A DNA stretch of 64,000 nt. Source: Octopus vulgaris (Eukaryota). A program made the translations under genes and the position numbers. This document shows, piece by piece, positions 62,986-64,000 of this stretch; within the stretch, counting starts at the first letter, position 1, and the number at the start of each line of letters is the position of its first letter. The notes beneath the pieces are model-generated. The model ran no database searches. It had not been told where the DNA came from and was given only the letters and a program-made list of their open reading frames with translations. The DNA is taken from contig OX597822.1 of assembly GCA_951406725.2 (NCBI GenBank), positions 46,748,001 to 46,812,000 of the forward strand, given 5' to 3'.

Positions 62986-63400
62986 TACAAATTTTATAAT
63001 TATAAGCATAATTATAATTAGGGTTCAGCAAAATTGCTTCACCACATACCGTAATTTAGAAATAGCAGTTAAATACTATTCTATTACCATAAGATATCTC
63101 CCAGACAGCAATACTCCCAACTCACGCAGGTAAAAAGAAAAAATAATGAATCCACCCGGCTTCATTATTCATTATATTTCTCTTTACCTGCGTGAGTTAA
63201 GAGTATTGCTGTCTGGGAGATATCTTATGGTAGTAGAATAGTATTTAACTGCTATTTCTAAATTACGGTATGTGGTGAAGCAATTTTGCTGAACCCTAAT
63301 TATAATTATGCTTATAATTGTAATAATTTTTGTATAAGTTTACCGATAATGGTTCTTTTAACATACCGAACTACTTGGTAAAAAAAAAAAAATATTAATT
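62986..63400. mobile_element. Fold-back family P3, long copy
   Basis: About 150-bp near-perfect arms around a loop at about 63151-63160; one-sided extension 63335-63400 matches the reverse complement of 31741-31811. Confidence 0.9.
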
Positions 63401-64000
63401 ATAAATTGAAGTGTGTGTGCACACAAATAAAGAAGCTTTATCCATGCATGTGGTGTTGAGCACTCATTCTCATTGTTTGATATTTGTGTGTGTGCACATA
63501 TATAAAGGTGCAAGTGTAGCTGTGTGATAAGAAGCTTGCTTCCTAACCACATGGTTCCAGGTTCAGTCCCACTGCATGGCATGTGTTTTCTATTATAGCC
63601 TTGCACAAGCTACAACCTGGTCGTTGACTAGATTACACAATATCTGTGCTATGTACATACATACACACGGGGACACACACACAGAGATTTTGTTTATGAA
63701 TGCATGAAGAGATTTAAAACTAATCTTGGTTGTGAATCATATGTTTAATCAATGTAAATGTTAGCAGATAGGGAGTGTTTGTGTCAAATTTTCCAGAATG
63801 TTCCTCACAAAATTTGACACTAAGCTTTCACCATCTCTTATCTTCCATCTTCAGGTACATCTATAAGAACGTCAAGATGGAATCACAAAAGCCCAGTGGG
63901 TGACTGTGCTGTTGTGAACTTCAGCAAGACCTTCCATTTTCATCATTACAGTTCACCCAATCTCAGAGACTCATATGATAAAATTGTGTTGTGGATTCTC

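Noticed and set aside
370-63606. The roughly 170 short ORFs in the supplied track as genes
   Set aside because: They translate SINE consensus, microsatellites (YIYI, CVCV, NNN, III) or LINE debris; many start at non-ATG codons; none resembles a cellular protein
63857-63902. Possible small exon after TCTTCCATCTTCAG (YIYKNVKMESQKPS)
   Set aside because: Weak donor (GTGACT), no recognisable protein, cannot be distinguished from chance

Overview
This is AT-rich, CpG-depleted eukaryotic DNA dominated by repeats. The SINE repertoire and abundant (TA)n/(AAT)n/(GAT)n microsatellites suggest an octopus (coleoid cephalopod) genome; this is inferred by recognition, not by a search. No intact protein-coding gene is present, and almost all listed ORFs are SINE or microsatellite artefacts. 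The window holds dozens of copies of at least five SINE families, piggyBac-, hAT- and Tc1/pogo-type MITEs, a non-autonomous Helitron, and decayed LINE fragments (R4/Dong, HERO, CRE, RTE, CR1-like). A probable + strand terminal exon with a very long 3' UTR runs from an acceptor at 22862 to a poly(A) signal at 32481. The most striking signal is a set of short non-coding fold-back elements built as one full unit plus a partial inverted copy. The best example (58885-59412, 12-bp TSD) joins a tRNA-derived Pol III head to a minimal hammerhead ribozyme of the type known from Penelope-like elements, so it is a candidate Penelope-mobilised, ribozyme-bearing SINE. Other fold-back families carry variant or decayed hammerhead-like folds. 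Coordinates of degenerate repeats are approximate; family letters are my own labels.
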